Positions 1 through 14,215 of a stretch of 64,000 nucleotides of DNA are shown one piece after another. The DNA is from Ophelia neglecta (lineage: Eukaryota): positions 108,190,001 through 108,254,000 of the forward strand of contig OZ260664.1 of NCBI GenBank assembly GCA_965285935.1, given 5' to 3'. Under the pieces are notes generated by a model that was not told where the DNA came from, made no database searches, and saw only the letters and a list, made by a program, of their open reading frames with translations. The position numbers and the translations under genes are program-made. The number at the start of each line of letters is the position of its first letter. Position 1 is the first letter of the stretch.

Positions 1-241
1 GGTCTATGCTATCTTAAAAATTCAAAGACCAATGAATTCAAGAGCAAAGAGGGCCGTCGCTCCCATTAAACCTCTGATATGATAACCCTATCCAAAGTGG
101 GCTCTTCTTGTGACGTATCTGGTCGTTATAGTGTTATCCGCAGTCGTAAAAGACACATACTACTCACTGTACGCGCCAGGCTTCTTATCGTGTGTATCAG
201 CAGCCAACTATTTGTCATCGCATGTCATAGAAATGTTTATA

Positions 242-404
242 CAGTGAAACCTGTGAATTAAGACCACCCAAGAGACTGGAAAATGTAGGTGGTCTGTTTA
301 CACAGGTTATTTTACATTGAAAATGTATAGTATGGTCTTCATATGAGTGGTCTGAATTGACAGGTGGTCTTAATACAGAGGTGGTCTTTAAGGCGGTTTC
401 ACTG
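242..404. mobile_element. MITE, Tc1/mariner-pogo type (CAGTGAAAC...GTTTCACTG TIRs, TA TSD)
   Basis: TIRs cagtgaaac/gtttcactg flanked by TA on both sides (240-241, 405-406). Internal gaccacc/ggtggtc repeats are shared with the copies at 12088 and 42736. Confidence 0.8.
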
Positions 405-3316
405 TAGTTATCATGTTGATGCAGTTCTTAAAAAAGAAAAGGTAATTGTTATTCTACGAATAATTTAGATAGAAACAGTTTAAATATCTAAAAATATGAA
501 AGCGACCACCAACTTTCAAATAGCGGTATCCCACAAGTGATACAAGCTCAAGGACATTAGCTATGGCCAATGACATTATCAAAAAATAGCTAAAAATGCT
601 AGTTCTTGGTTTTTATTATTTAGCAAATTATAATGGGCAAACATGGGCATAAATACATCATTGTGAAGCCTTTTATCTGAGGATGATGTGCAAGTGCTTA
701 AAGAGGCGTTCACATCATTCAATATGAACAAGTCAAATTTTTATCTGGTTCCTGAGAAAAGGTGAATGAACGGAATAGCAAGATAATATTGCATTATATC
801 AGTATTTCTATCAAATACTGCCTTCCTCCTTGAGGCAATAGGGCACTGTTCATCAATTAATCTGTTCTGTTTTTGAGATGATTATCTCCTGAACAAATAC
901 GAGTTATATCGCCTTGGGTATGTCATTAGTTTCCTGGATGAGAGGAAGCCCGGACAATGCTTACTATTATTGCTGCTTGGTTTTAGCACCACTCTTATAC
1001 TCGCAATTTCTTTTATCATTAAGTGGCATCATGTTTAAACAAGGGGGATGCCATTTACATAATACATCAGCAAGGGAGAAACCGGCGTCACTCGGAGCGA
1101 TTATTTTATTTCACTGTGTTTAGATCCATGGAACAATTCAAATAACAATATTGCCCATATTTTTATTTTGCTCTGTGCTAATAAACTATATTATTAACTG
1201 CCTAAATAGCCAATATGCTGCTAATCTTTTGTCTTTCCAAACTATATTAATATCCCCCTTTTTCCATTAAGGGTGCAGTTGATTAATTTTATTTATTTAT
1301 TTATTTTTGTCATATAAAAATCACAATACAGTACACAGTATAAAAATATGAGAGGTGATAGGCAAATAGACAAGTAAAATAGCAAAATATAACTGGCCTA
1401 AAGGGAATCCTCAAGTAATACACCCACATTACATGCAGGATAGCACCTAAAGGCTTATAAAGTCTTATTTAATGCTTTAATATAAGATATGGTTATTTGA
1501 GCTGGCCGTATGTTGGATTTACAAATAATGCATTCCGGACATATTTCCTCGGAACCAGTAACCAGTTCCCATCGCTGATACAGTGGTCTAGCAGGACAAA
1601 ACATCCACTTCATGGACTCACCAGACTCCCTTTAAATGCAAATAGCCCAATTTTCGCTTGCTTATTTACCCTGTACAATCCCACGGTTACGTAGGCCTAT
1701 TGTTTGGGATGCCCTTTCAGATCAATGAATTGGCCTTCATGCCTGACCAACTGTACACTCCTAATACAATGTGGATTGCGAAAGTACAGTTGGCCAAGCG
1801 TAAGGCTCATTCGTGGACACGAAAGTGTATCCGAAGCAACAGGGAAACACTAATGATAGTTATTCACAGCTTGTCCTTCAGTGATGGGTCTATATAATAG
1901 CTAGTCTATTACGACTCCCCATTATGATTATCCTTCCAGTTTTCGTAATTGTTGCCTTTGAAAATCTGCAACAATTATTGAAAGATTTAAATGATAAGCC
2001 TATAGAGTTATCTATGGATTATTTAATATGTTATAATTCAACTGTATCCCTTATTCATCCGAATTAGATAGAAGAAAAGCAGAATCTTACCAATTTACAA
2101 TATAATCAAAGCTACAAATCACTGGAGTCATAAAACTGGAACGAACCTTTACTTTACTAATTAATACATTCTCAAGAAACCCCTAGTATTTCGTTTCCAT
2201 ACTTAAATATATTTCAACAGAAAGGACACGTTTTTTCTAGTTTAAAGGATTCAACTTCATTATCTGTCGTTGGCTTAAATCTATTCACAATCTTAAATGG
2301 ATCGATGACAACGTGCTTTGCGTTAAGGAAAGTTTGTCCGTTGAACTGAAATCCATTTTGTGGGGTTAATGCTACAGTGTAGAAAAAGTCCATATCAACA
2401 ACAGACTATTCGATTCCCATTTATTTTCCGGCCACCTGTGTCAGAGTAGTAAGATCAGCTCAAGTAACTGCAGGGACAAACTAGCCTAATATCTGGATGC
2501 CTGTTTGTGTACGCAATGAAATCATCGAGTGGCTTGGAGAGCTGGCCGGCCATGAACTACGACTGAAATCGATCAAAGGCTGACATGAACACATCTCCCA
2601 TTTTTATGTACGGATTTGAAGTAAGAGAAAGTACTCGTCGCTTGGCGATTTCTAACAGAAAAAACTCGGCCTAACATCCTCGTCATTTCAATGTTACGAA
2701 TAGCCAAGCGATTTGTATTTTCTCCATAACTTAATCATGCTATCGTCATTTAGATGGCAAAACCTTGGCAGTGAAACCCACTCGTAAGGGGGTTTTATTT
2801 CATTCTTCCTAATGACTTCAAGCTGCATTTGTTGGATATTTTTCCTGTTCGATTTACTGTTATCCCTTCTAGGTCGGTAGTATAAGCTGGGCGACATTAA
2901 AACATTAAAAACTTAATTTTAGCATTATAATGCTAATATAATAAGTGATGAAAAGGCGGTGAACAGAGTAACTCATCATTATAGGAGCAATTGTAGGCGT
3001 TTGAAATTACCTCAAGGCTGGCATGGCGGACGGGGAGCATTTATATTTACAAAACACATACCACGTTCTAACAAAAGCAGCCATTGGTTCGCTTGATCAC
3101 GTGTGCTTTTTAGAATTGTTTAACTGCCTCAGTTTGTGATAAATGATGAAATTTACTTAATACAAAGCACACTTTTGTATAAATAGAATACCAACGTATA
3201 GTGATATATGGGCTATATTTGATGATGTTGGTCGCATTGTCACGCTGTCGAGTATATGTAATACTTAATCACCTTGACCAATCTTATAAAAGTATGGTTT
3301 ATAGGGATTTTCCAGT

Positions 3317-3659
3317 GGCGGGTTATTCAAGATTCTTGACTTGAAGTAGAATTTTCGACTTGGACTTGGCCTTTTTGGAATTGAGTAAGTATTTGTTTTC
3401 GATCTTAGGCCTCATTCAGTTGTTAAACATCTTTGACTTGAACTTCTAGCAGCTATCTTAAAGCAAGACTACAAGTCTTAGACACCTATTTACCAGTCTT
3501 GAGAGCCCGATTAGAAGTCTAAAATCAGACTTGACTTGAGCCTAAGAATTTTATGACAACCCACGTAAGTGCAAGTCATTAAATTTGAAGTCACTAACTC
3601 TGACTTAGTCTGCAAATAGGAAAAAAACAAAGTTTCAAGTCCAAGTCTAGCAACCGGCC
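3317..3659. mobile_element. degenerate MITE, possibly PIF/Harbinger-like
   Basis: Left end ggcgggttattcaaga roughly mirrors the right end ...tctagcaaccggcc. Internal gacttg/caagtc motifs occur in both orientations. Confidence 0.4.
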
Positions 3660-6600
3660 TGAGTTCAACCACATTTTCCAAAGAGAATAATCAAATTGGC
3701 CTGAGAAGGGTATAGGGTAATACGGTTATTGATTCAGCCATATAGCGCGACTGGCTTGGTACCTCGGGGGTACTGGAGATAACCATCCTTCGATTGCCTG
3801 CCCGTAATCCAGGCTCTTCGCTATGCACCAAAGTTTACAGGCCAGACGGGTTATGGCCAAACACAGACATGGTGGTAGTGAACACAATTATGATGTTAGT
3901 AATAAGAGGAAACGGCCACACATATATGTTTTGTACTAAAGATAATATACATAGGATGTGTGATTTATATTGCCAAATTCATAAAAGTTTATTTATGAGA
4001 TTATGGTTGATAATTTGTTGCATTATATACACATCTGGAATATGTGAATAACTTTGTTTGACTGTTATCTATCTCCATATATATTCTAGCCTATAACGAT
4101 GATTTCTTTCGTTCACAAATCTAAAATAGCTGGCAGACTTTCATGTATTGAGCAGCCTTCCTATTGCCGTTGATACGTATGAATGCTCAGCACCCGGAAC
4201 CTCCAACCATATTGAATATTCAAACCTTAAACATGTTCCAGTCAATGCTCTGCCAGACAGGGTTTTATTTTTTAGTATATAATAATGCTATTAGTATTTT
4301 TAGAAGACATTCTTCTTGGGAATGACCGGGAACAGGAAGAATACATGTATCACGGTGGCAATCAATCTCCATCGGGAAGTGCTGTATCCTCGGAGGTAAG
4401 ATTGCTGCGTTGAAGCAACAAGGAATGGCTTCCTACCAACCATAATAGAGCACAATTGAGGTCTGATCAATCAAGTCAAGGTAGTCCATTCTTGGCCTGA
4501 AGTATTTTCATATTCTATTGCCGATGTGTCCCCTACGTCACCAATGTTATTGAAAGCCGACGGCATCCTTGCAGATAAGCAGGAAAGCGAGATTGGATTT
4601 TTAAAAACGTTTATCTTTCCATGGTAGTTGGCTCGAACTGCGTGACTTGATTTTAAAACTACGTAACGAAATGTTCCTGTTAATGAAAACATGAGTGGCT
4701 ATCTGGCATCTCAAAGCAAACTCATTAATCAAGGATAGTCCATTCACCGATTGCAGGCTGGTAAACTTCAATCGCATGTAAGCGCATCATACAATGCGAT
4801 ATATACCACCTCGGAAATCAAATATGCACAATTACTTACTTAATGACTAGTGTTTCTAAAAAAAATCTATTATATATTCTTGAATGTAATGGCAGAAAAC
4901 CTACACCGGGCAAACAACAACCGCATTAAAAGATCGTGTCACTGTTCCCAGATGACACATACTGCGGCCATAAAACATAAACATGGTCTCATCAAACACA
5001 AAACCGAATACGCCATTAATCTGGCAATAACATTTAAAATATTTCCGTATCAACAAACACTGAAATAAAATAAAGCATACAGTGGCACAAAAAGCAATGT
5101 TTTATATAAATAAATGAAAATCTACCTTAAAAACCACATACATGGTAAATCAAATTAATAGGTGTGAAAACATGAACCAATCTAATTACTGATCAATATC
5201 ATTAAAGGTAGGCCTAATTAGACGGCAAGAACACTATCAACATGATATGCTTGAGCAAGCCAGCCATTGTTAACATTAGTCCACTACATCTTAATAGTGT
5301 TTAACTATATGCACAATGTACGCACCTTTGCACCTGCAGCCAATGATAATGCTACCTGTATGTATAAATAATGCATAACTAGATTACTGTGTCAGAATCC
5401 GCTGATATAGGCGCTAAGTAGAGGTCGACTGACATGGCGGAATTGGAGTGAAGTAAGTGCCTTTAAGTTACTGACGTTCGCCATTTTTGTGTAATTAATT
5501 GCGCTAAATATACGTAAAAAAACACGAACATATATTAAAAACAATGGGGGTGGATATGGGCTTACAAAACCTATATTAGAAGGTTACTACGGGAAATGAA
5601 ATGTTACCATGGTAACTGGAACGCCGTGCTTTGTGTGGGAATATGGAGGTTAGTAATGTGAGTTCCACATATAAAGAAAGGGCCTTAATAGAAGTAAAAG
5701 TTGCAGTTTATGTCTTATAAATAGAGTTTCATTTTCATAGCGAATAACATGAGCTTTTATGACAAGAATATTATCAAAATTGTAAGCAAATAACTTATAA
5801 CCGTTGGCAGATGAACTAGGTGTCGAATTGTGTCAAGTTTCATCGTATTTTCTTTGTTTGTTTTGTCATTGAAATCATATTGTCAATGTCGCCATCTATC
5901 GGAAAAGACGAAACTTACCACCTGGTAACAAGCCGCTCTACTGGTTTGATATGCACAGTTCTGTTGTCACGTATGTTCCGTTGTCACGTATGTTGCACGT
6001 GAATCGACTTTGAATTAATAACAAGTAGTATGCAGATCCAGCCAAGGTGTGACTTCGTATTATTGGTTTAAACTGACTGATGCTAAGTACCAGGGAGACC
6101 ATCATAAAGGAGAATACATTTACGTGGGTAGAACCGAGTAGTTTTTCATGGTTTTCTATTCAAAGCTGCTCGTATTTCAGGTTACTGAGTAGAGTTCGTG
6201 CGTTAGCATGCGTATCAAACAACTTAAGAAGTACATGTAAATATAATTGCAAGTCTGCGCTTGAGGAGCCAACGGAGGGGCTAAAAGATGCGTGAGTAAA
6301 CGGAGTAGATTACCCGTCTTGTGGCCCGTCTACTGCTTGTTATGTTTTCCCCTAATAATTGACTTTGGGCAGATGCCAGATTAGTGATCTGGTTTTATAG
6401 CCCAAGCGTGTATGTTCGTGTTTGTCCTTGACCTCTAACCTCTGACCTCTAATAGACAGGCACCAGCTGCTCTAACGAGTGGCTGTACATAGCTCGTGTT
6501 ATTTAACACAATAAATATCACTTGAGCCCGGGTGTATTGTTAACCTCTAACCAAGGCTCCCCCTCTCACTCCGACTTCATAAAGCAGTCGTTAAGTTAGC

Positions 6601-6910
6601 TATCAACCAGCTGCTTCAAAATATACTATGGGGTAAACAGAGCTGGTCATTACAACTTTAATTAGGGCCTTTTCATGCTTTAGTGTTCTGTGTGCACGTG
6701 TCAGAAAATGAGGTCACCGTAAACCCGTTAAGTGCTATTATCAATCTGTCAGAACACTTGAGCTATCTCCGTGAGTGTTCACAATTCTTGTGTTATTCAT
6801 ACATCGTTATTTAAAATTGTTATCACTTTGAGAAGCCATCAGGGTTCAATGCCCACCAACAATACTTACAGTTATCTATAGTCTACACATACAGGTACTT
6901 GTATCCACTC

Positions 6911-7035
6911 CAGACATGGGGCGAATACATAGAAAAGTATTCGAATACGAATACGAATACTTGAAAAAATAATGAATACGAATGCGAATACGAATACAAA
7001 TATTTTTGAATGTATTCAAATACATGAATACTTTT
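6911..7035. mobile_element. left end of a non-autonomous DNA transposon (hAT-like) with subterminal GAATAC repeats
   Basis: CAG start followed by many gaatac/gtattc hexamers. No matching right end found. Confidence 0.35.
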
Positions 7036-9064
7036 CACTTAATTAGATAATGATATGAAAGCTTTGGTCATAAATCATTATTTATTCTTAAAACATTAAC
7101 AGTATTACAACTGCACAACTTAGTCTATCACAGCGTCTTTGATCAAGAAGGTGTAAAATAATTTTTAAGTCCCATTAATGGGACCTGTGTTGCCTCATGG
7201 TCTCATTCTAGAGTTAAGTGCAGTTTGGTATACAGTAGATCCTGAGTTCTACGGACCCTCTGACTGACGGACAACTGCAAAATACGGCTAGTTTATTCAT
7301 TAATATTTCCAGGTAGCAGCGGAAAACTCCCCAACACGGACACGGACAGTGATTTTAATGCATTTTTGGTCTATTATCAGCGGACAGGAAGCCATTTTGA
7401 ACCCTACTATGAGAATTTGCGATTTTTCGTTAAAGCAAGATTCGGTACGAGAGCGACAAGTGACTTTGGTTTGAGATCATTTGCGTACCTACAACTAGAA
7501 ATGACTTTGGTTTGAGACTATAACTACAACATGAGAAAGTGATAAGGACACCTTTGGCAGTGCTGGTAAACAGCAGGGTTGGGTGGGTAAACCCAGGGAA
7601 AAAACCTGGGTAGGGCAATGTTCCCAAAATGGGGAACAATGGGGTTATCGGGGAATATATTTTCTCTCTAAAGAATCAACACAATTTATATGTTTTTAAA
7701 TATCTTATTGCATGAATGCTATCATAGCTATTTGAATACAATGTTTATACTCAGGTATTATACATCACTTTACTACTAGTGTATGATTCATTCATTTCAA
7801 GTAATTCAGGAAGAGTACAGATAGAGTGAGGGGTGTTGTTTGTTTATAGCAGAGGGTGAGAAAATCATCAGCCCTGGGATTGAGCAGGTTATATCCATTG
7901 AGTGATACCTGACTGAATTTAAGGGAATTTTGATTGTCATTGGCTCATTGTGTAAACAGGAAATTTTCAGGGATTCCCTTTGTATTGCAATTACAAATAA
8001 ACATGATAAATGTGTCATTTGGTTTCTCAGTGTTATCTTCACACGGGCAGCCACGTGTGTGCCTCTCCCGATCCGAATCTGCTTTTAAAAATCTAAAAAA
8101 AAATACAGATACATATTTTTCTGGAATTTGATAGCTGAAAGCTAACACATTTGGATGTACATGTATATATTAGGAGTATTCAATTTGCAGAGAAATGTAA
8201 CACCTTATGATTTTCAGCAAACATAATATCAGATGTCACACGATCCGGCAGAAAATAACAAGCACTATTAATAATGTTGGCGTGTATCTATCGGGAGATG
8301 AACATATTCGGCGAATCAGCCATATCATAAATACAGTATTACCATTTATATTCTGGCGATTTAGACGTTTGGTCGGCAGCATTTTGCCGATGGAATACAG
8401 CTGCTGCTTTAAATAAGCTTCGAGAATGATGTAGCAATTGGATTCGTTGAAATATGGCCCCCTACGTTCTCTTTGACACATACGTTTTTATAAAACGTCC
8501 TGCGGAACGAGTCTCTGCTTTTAAACCAGAGTGTATAATATGGAAAGCCGAAGAAAATATGGTTGTTTCACCTGATAATTATGTTATGAAACATCAAAAA
8601 CTGACATAGCACTTCCAATGTTTAAATATACTAAGACCCCCTTAAGACTTATAATGATGATGAATTTCGGCTTTAATGTATATGCATTGCCTAATATTCT
8701 ATGTCCTAATGTACCGTGCCTTACTTCTATCAGGTTTTCCCTACCTGTGAGCTAAGATTAAACTACATGTAAGCCTATTGATCCTCGTTCCTCGTTTGTC
8801 GACCTACTCAGGCGGGAATAGATTTTATGCATAAAGGATCAGCAATCTCTTTACATACTGGCGAGGTATATACGCGTTCCTTTAAAATTAATACTTCGAA
8901 AGAGTTCTTAAGAAAGGCCTATGCCGAGCCATGCTCCTTAAATCTAGTTCCCTATTGACAAGCTATAGTTATTTTGACCCGGTGTATTAGATTATTATGT
9001 CACCTGGCTGAAAGATCCCCGAACTCAAAACCGTAGGATAACAAGACCGCGAGGACGTTATAAA

Positions 9065-9560
9065 CAGGAACTGCTGGAAAGCAGTGTGGCCTGCTAGGAG
9101 ATGGGGTGTCCTGCTGGAAGGTAGAGTATCATGCTAGAAGGTGAGGTGTCCTGGTTAAAGGCAGAGTTGCCGGCAAAAAGGTAGAATGTCCTGCTGGAAG
9201 GCAGAGTATCATGTTGAAAGGCAGGGTGTCCTTCTGAAAGGCAGAGTGGCCGGCAAAAAGATAGGGTGTCCTGCTGGAAGATAGAGTGGCGTGCTTAAAA
9301 TAAGATGTCCTGCCGAATGTTAGTGTCCTGCTAGAAGATAGTGCGTCCTGCCGAAAGGAAGAGTGTCTTGAAAGAAGATAGGGTGTTCCGTAGGGAGGCA
9401 GAGTGGCCTGCTAGAAGATAGAGGGTGCTGCTGTAAGGCGGTGTGTTCTACTATGAGATAGGCTGTCCCGCTAGAAGGCAGTGTGCCCTGGAAAGCAGCA
9501 TCCTTCTGAGTGACAGCATCCTGCTGGATGGCAAGGTATCTTACCTTAAGGTGGAATGGC
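9065..9560. repeat. degenerate minisatellite, ~21-22 bp unit (gtcctgctggaaggcagagtg-like)
   Basis: Recurrent cctgct(g/a)gaag(g/a)(c/t)agagt motif at ~21-22 bp spacing. Confidence 0.7.
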
Positions 9561-10229
9561 TCATTGGCAAGTGCTACCATGTTACTGGTAATCGTATTAG
9601 ACGAGTCCTTCAAATAGTTATTTGTCAGATATTGCTCAGTCGTTAGTTACTCTGTCCGACGCTAGCTTATCAAGCTAGAAGATTTCTTACAGGACATTAA
9701 AGTGCATAAACGAGGCTTAGGCAGATAAGAGATCGGGCCCTTTGGCTGCTGATATTGAGTCAAAGCCTGATGTCGAGAATTAGTTTGATCATCATGAACA
9801 CGCCACGAGAGAGGTACGTACTAAACATGCTCCACTCATTACTACTGTCATCAGACTTGGCTCAGCACGATACACTAATGCTATTGGAGACGCCAATCGC
9901 AATTTAGCAAGATTTAAATGCCTGTGGCAAACAACAGTCTTGAATGTGAACTAGAATGTGTTAGGAACCTGTAGAGGTGATTGCTGCTGTGAATGATCGT
10001 ACTTAGTCAGATGACTGTACCCACAAAACTGTGGACAACCCAAAAGGCCTCGTTTCAGCCTATTAACAGCCACCTGCAATGAAACAATGATTCTCGTCCA
10101 CCTTCCTCTGTCTCACCTAAAACTGTGGCAGACACATCGCTATAGTTTCGCCGATCAGACTAAAGTCTGATCAGAAACTGGCATGAAAGCAGGTATATGA
10201 CCCCCGGAGCAGAGGACAAACAACCTTGC

Positions 10230-10480
10230 CCGCCAAATCTGTGCTTTATCATTTTTGAGCATTAGATGGACTCGCTCCACGCAATCTCAGCGATTTTTTG
10301 CTTCCATACTTACCTTCCAGAACTCTCTACGGACATGAAGTGTTTTCTTGTGTTTTATCACCAAAGCATGGTGAGTGTTGTACCTTTAATACAGCTCATG
10401 TGGCCTAGAATGATGACCCGTATGAAATAAGGTGATTCTAGCGTCCATTCTTGTAATTCCAGTGTCAAAACTCTTCGCTT
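10230..10480 (+). mobile_element. L2/CR1-group LINE ORF2 C-terminal remnant
   Basis: Translates as LDGLAPRNLSDFLLPYLPSRTL, resembling the L2-type 'L.GLAP.YL..LL..Y.P.R.LRS' motif. A decayed WNxLP-like segment follows. Contains stops and frameshifts. Confidence 0.5.
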
Positions 10481-12087
10481 TAAGTGTCATTTTGATCAAT
10501 TAGTGATTTTAGGTGTTAATGTGAGTTATCATTCGATTCTGTATCCTTCATTACAACAGTTTAACTATAGCCCCAGCTTTTCTTTTAATGCAATACATCG
10601 TAGTATATTCTGTCCTTGTACCTTGGATTGTGCTATGAATATAATGTATTCGATCTTTTGTATCGCCTTTAAGCAAGTATCCTGGAAAGGGCGCTATATC
10701 AAAGGAAATAAACTTAATGAAATGGCATACACATTATAGGTCATAATATCGATAGGACTATGTGCAAACCGTACCCCTTGTAGGGGCGTGTTAGATCAAG
10801 GCGTACTTTATATATAATGACCAACAAAATCGATGACTTGACATGAAAGGTCAAATGGTGGCGTTCGTTGCCGTCGACATAGTGTAATCTATTCTCTTTA
10901 AATGGATACCATACCTTCAACAGTGCATGCTTTATACACACTTTTCTGAGTAGCACTTTTTCTAACCCATTATAGTTCTATATTCCCTGCTTCCAATAAA
11001 CGCTCATCTTGCTAACGACTGAATCTAAAGAGAAAGGCTAAGTGCTTCCTGAGACGGGTAATGGTTAGTTACACCGGGATCTATAGACGTAGCTCTGAAA
11101 GGAGATACTGTCACCTCGACTAACTATCGACTTTTTTCTCTTCCCATCTTCCGCCTTGCATACAATATAATCTCAGGGATTGGGCGATTTTTGGTTTTAG
11201 TAGGATCAGTTTGATATGTACCTGTGAAAATAGCAATTTATCATGGACAGATTGAAATAGAAATAATTCCAATGGAGCCAGTCTTTTTTTCAGTAAAACG
11301 TGTAATATTGTACCAAGATAAGCAACTGTTTCATATAATTTATACTATTTTGCTTATCATGTCATGCTTGTATCATACGATATAAATTTTGTCTGACACA
11401 ATTCGGTCAGCGGCGATAATAAAACCATAAACGAATTGTCAGTACAGTCATTCGACGGAGAAGTAAACAACTTGTCATTAAACAAAAATCGTAATTGATG
11501 CCGATCACCTGATATCCTAATCATATAGACGATGCTATCATTTTCACGGTTTTTGTGTGACAGACGAGCGCGCCACCTGAAAACTCGTATGCTAGCTACT
11601 ATATTGCTTGTACCGCGCATATAGGGGAGACAATTAATCACCACTCTTCTTTTTCTCATTTTCAAAAAGTTTAGTGTTGTATTTCGAACCTCACTGGGAT
11701 GTTTAAAAAGCGACAGTCATTTGCTGATGACTTTATTTTTCCCCTCTAAAGGGATTTTTTTTTTGTCTTTTTTTTCATTCCCTGTGTTTTCAATGGGCCA
11801 CAGTCTTTTACCGACCACTCAAGGGTACGTATAATTCGTTCATAGAATTCAGAAGTAAATCGGTTTCACCTTGTTTTTTTACTTTTTACAGTTACGAATA
11901 ATGGGTGGTACAACAACACAAAGTTCATGAAGGTGTATCAACCAGAAGCAAATATACATGAAAACAGAAATTATTTTATTAGGATCACGAATTCACACTC
12001 TGTTGAACTGTTTTATTTTAGAGCTCCAAAGATAAAACGCCTATTTATAGGGGTGGTGTACAAATCCATGTACTGGCGTTGTATATA

Positions 12088-12265
12088 CAGTGAAACCTGC
12101 CTTAAAGACCACCTCTATATTTAGACCACCTGTCAATTCAGACCACTAATCTGACGACCATGCTGTGCACTTACAATGTAGAATAACCTGTGTGAACAGA
12201 CCTCCTCTATAATCAGCCCATTATTTTCCAGTCCCTTGGCTGGTCTTTATTTACAGGTTACACTG
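12088..12265. mobile_element. MITE, same family as 242-404
   Basis: ta|cagtgaaacctg ... caggttacactg|ta. Confidence 0.8.
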
Positions 12266-13470
12266 TACTTCCCCTATCTACTGGCGGTGTGTACAACTCC
12301 CCCATCTATCTATGTACAAACACCTACTGGCGAGATGTATCAATGTATTACAACACACAGCTGACATCACTTTCAAGGCCTATCCTAAGCAGACTGTCTT
12401 TTATCGCCCCTTTATGGTAAATGTTCATCACCAAGTCGATTTAAGACTTCCACTCACATCGTATTAGCAATGTTATCCAATTTATATGGATGCTCGATGG
12501 CAGACAAAACACCGAAGTGGAATGGGCTAATGGAAACTTTAAATGAGCAGGAAACAGGTCGTCTTAGCATTATCAGCCTGCCAAATTGGCCGGAGAGTGT
12601 TATGTGTCTAGAAATAGAGCCTAAAATCCACCCTTGTGAACACTTATCCGAGTCCCATGGAATGTAATAGTATCGATTCGCTGATATCTTTACGCGCTGT
12701 TGGACTATAAAACCAATACCATTAAGTTCAATGACAGGATTCTATTCATAAGACTATTACGTGTTGAACTATCTGACGACATCCGAACACCGCCTTTGGG
12801 CCATTGAACAATGACCGTCTAAAAAGGGTCATCTGAGCATTGACATCGGTACCGTCTAACGCGAAGACTAACCAATCCTAATGCGGTGATAGTAATAGAA
12901 GGTATATGTAAATGAACTGCCAGTGATGCCAGTTTAGGTCTAGTTTGAAGGTTTTATGGGAGACACATAGAGTTTGTCGTATTGGGCGATTCATTGTTTC
13001 AGAAGTTACAATGAGCAGGTTAAATATCGGATTTCTCTGCCAATGTTGGAAACTTGCGTTCTTTTCTTCAGTTGGCAATGTTGATTCCAAATTAATATGT
13101 GCGTTGAATTTAGTTTCCGATCCTTATTATTTAACATCCGCATGCACCGCTGAGATAAATGAAATCGCCCATTTCCTAAAATCTTAGGGGTGATGTTAAG
13201 TAAATACGGCTGATAAATGTAGTCGATGGGTCAGTCCACTTTTTAAATGACGCTATACCAGTTGGCTCTTCTCTCAGTGGATTCAATGTGGCCAGCTCTC
13301 AAAAGATGTTAGAAATCTTAAAAGAAAAAGACATGTGACCATATGTAGAAGATATACAGTCGTATGTAAAAAACATATGACGCTATGTAAAAGCCATTCG
13401 GTCGTATTTCTTACGTAGAAGACAGGCAGACGAATAAAGAAAACATAAAGTCGTATCGTTCATAATGCGT

Positions 13471-13640
13471 CTATAATGACCGACCTTGGGTTGAGGCAAA
13501 CTGTTCACTGATAGTTATGTTTTTGTGCTTTAAGTAAAATGAATTTTTGGTTTTGTATGAAACGAAGTTTATTGGAAGCGTATTGGAAATATCTATACGA
13601 GTGTGGAGCTGCACAACTGACCTTGCTAGCTCATACAACG
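13471..13640 (-). mobile_element. possible LINE ORF1 remnant
   Basis: Minus-strand PINFVSYKTK...LKHKNITISEQF resembles the C-terminal part of L1/CR1-type ORF1p. Recognised by eye only. Confidence 0.3.
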
Positions 13641-14119
13641 AAATGTTATTAAAAAGCCACTTTCTTTTGAACATTTCGAAGCTGAAATCTGACAGAGAGG
13701 ACTGGAATAAACACAATCCAGTATACCGAGGTAGGTTTACCTTCCCCGTGGATAGAAAAGTGTTCCTTCTTGAAACTGACAAATGTTTTGTCCTGGCTAT
13801 AGTTCTGAAACTGTGGTGTGATTAGAAGGATATATTTAAACTAAATGGCGAGTTCCTACTAATTTTTTAGAGTGGCAGTTTATGTATTGTCGTATATGTG
13901 GTTATGTGGTTAGGTCGTAGTTTTGCGTAAGCATTCAGTCAGAGTTCACTACAACATGTTAAAAATGTAAACATACATCGAGGCTAATCCTATTTAAAAC
14001 GTACTTGGTTCCGACGATTTTGGTTATTATTGATACAGCCGGACTATTTTAACTATGCCTTCCCATTACAATGTCTGTTGATATCTTTCCGCGCTCCTAG
14101 AGTACCCGGAGAAGGCCCT

Positions 14120-14215
14120 GAAATCCTTGTTCAATGGAATTCCTTACCAGAAGCTCTCTCTGTGAGCGCCTACATAACTAACTTTTTCTCCAAGTTGAAA
14201 ACTCTGAGGCCAAAT
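14120..14215 (+). mobile_element. CR1/L2-group LINE ORF2 3' remnant
   Basis: QWNSLPEALSVSAYITNFFSKLK matches the WNxLP...F..KL terminal motif of these ORF2s. Confidence 0.5.
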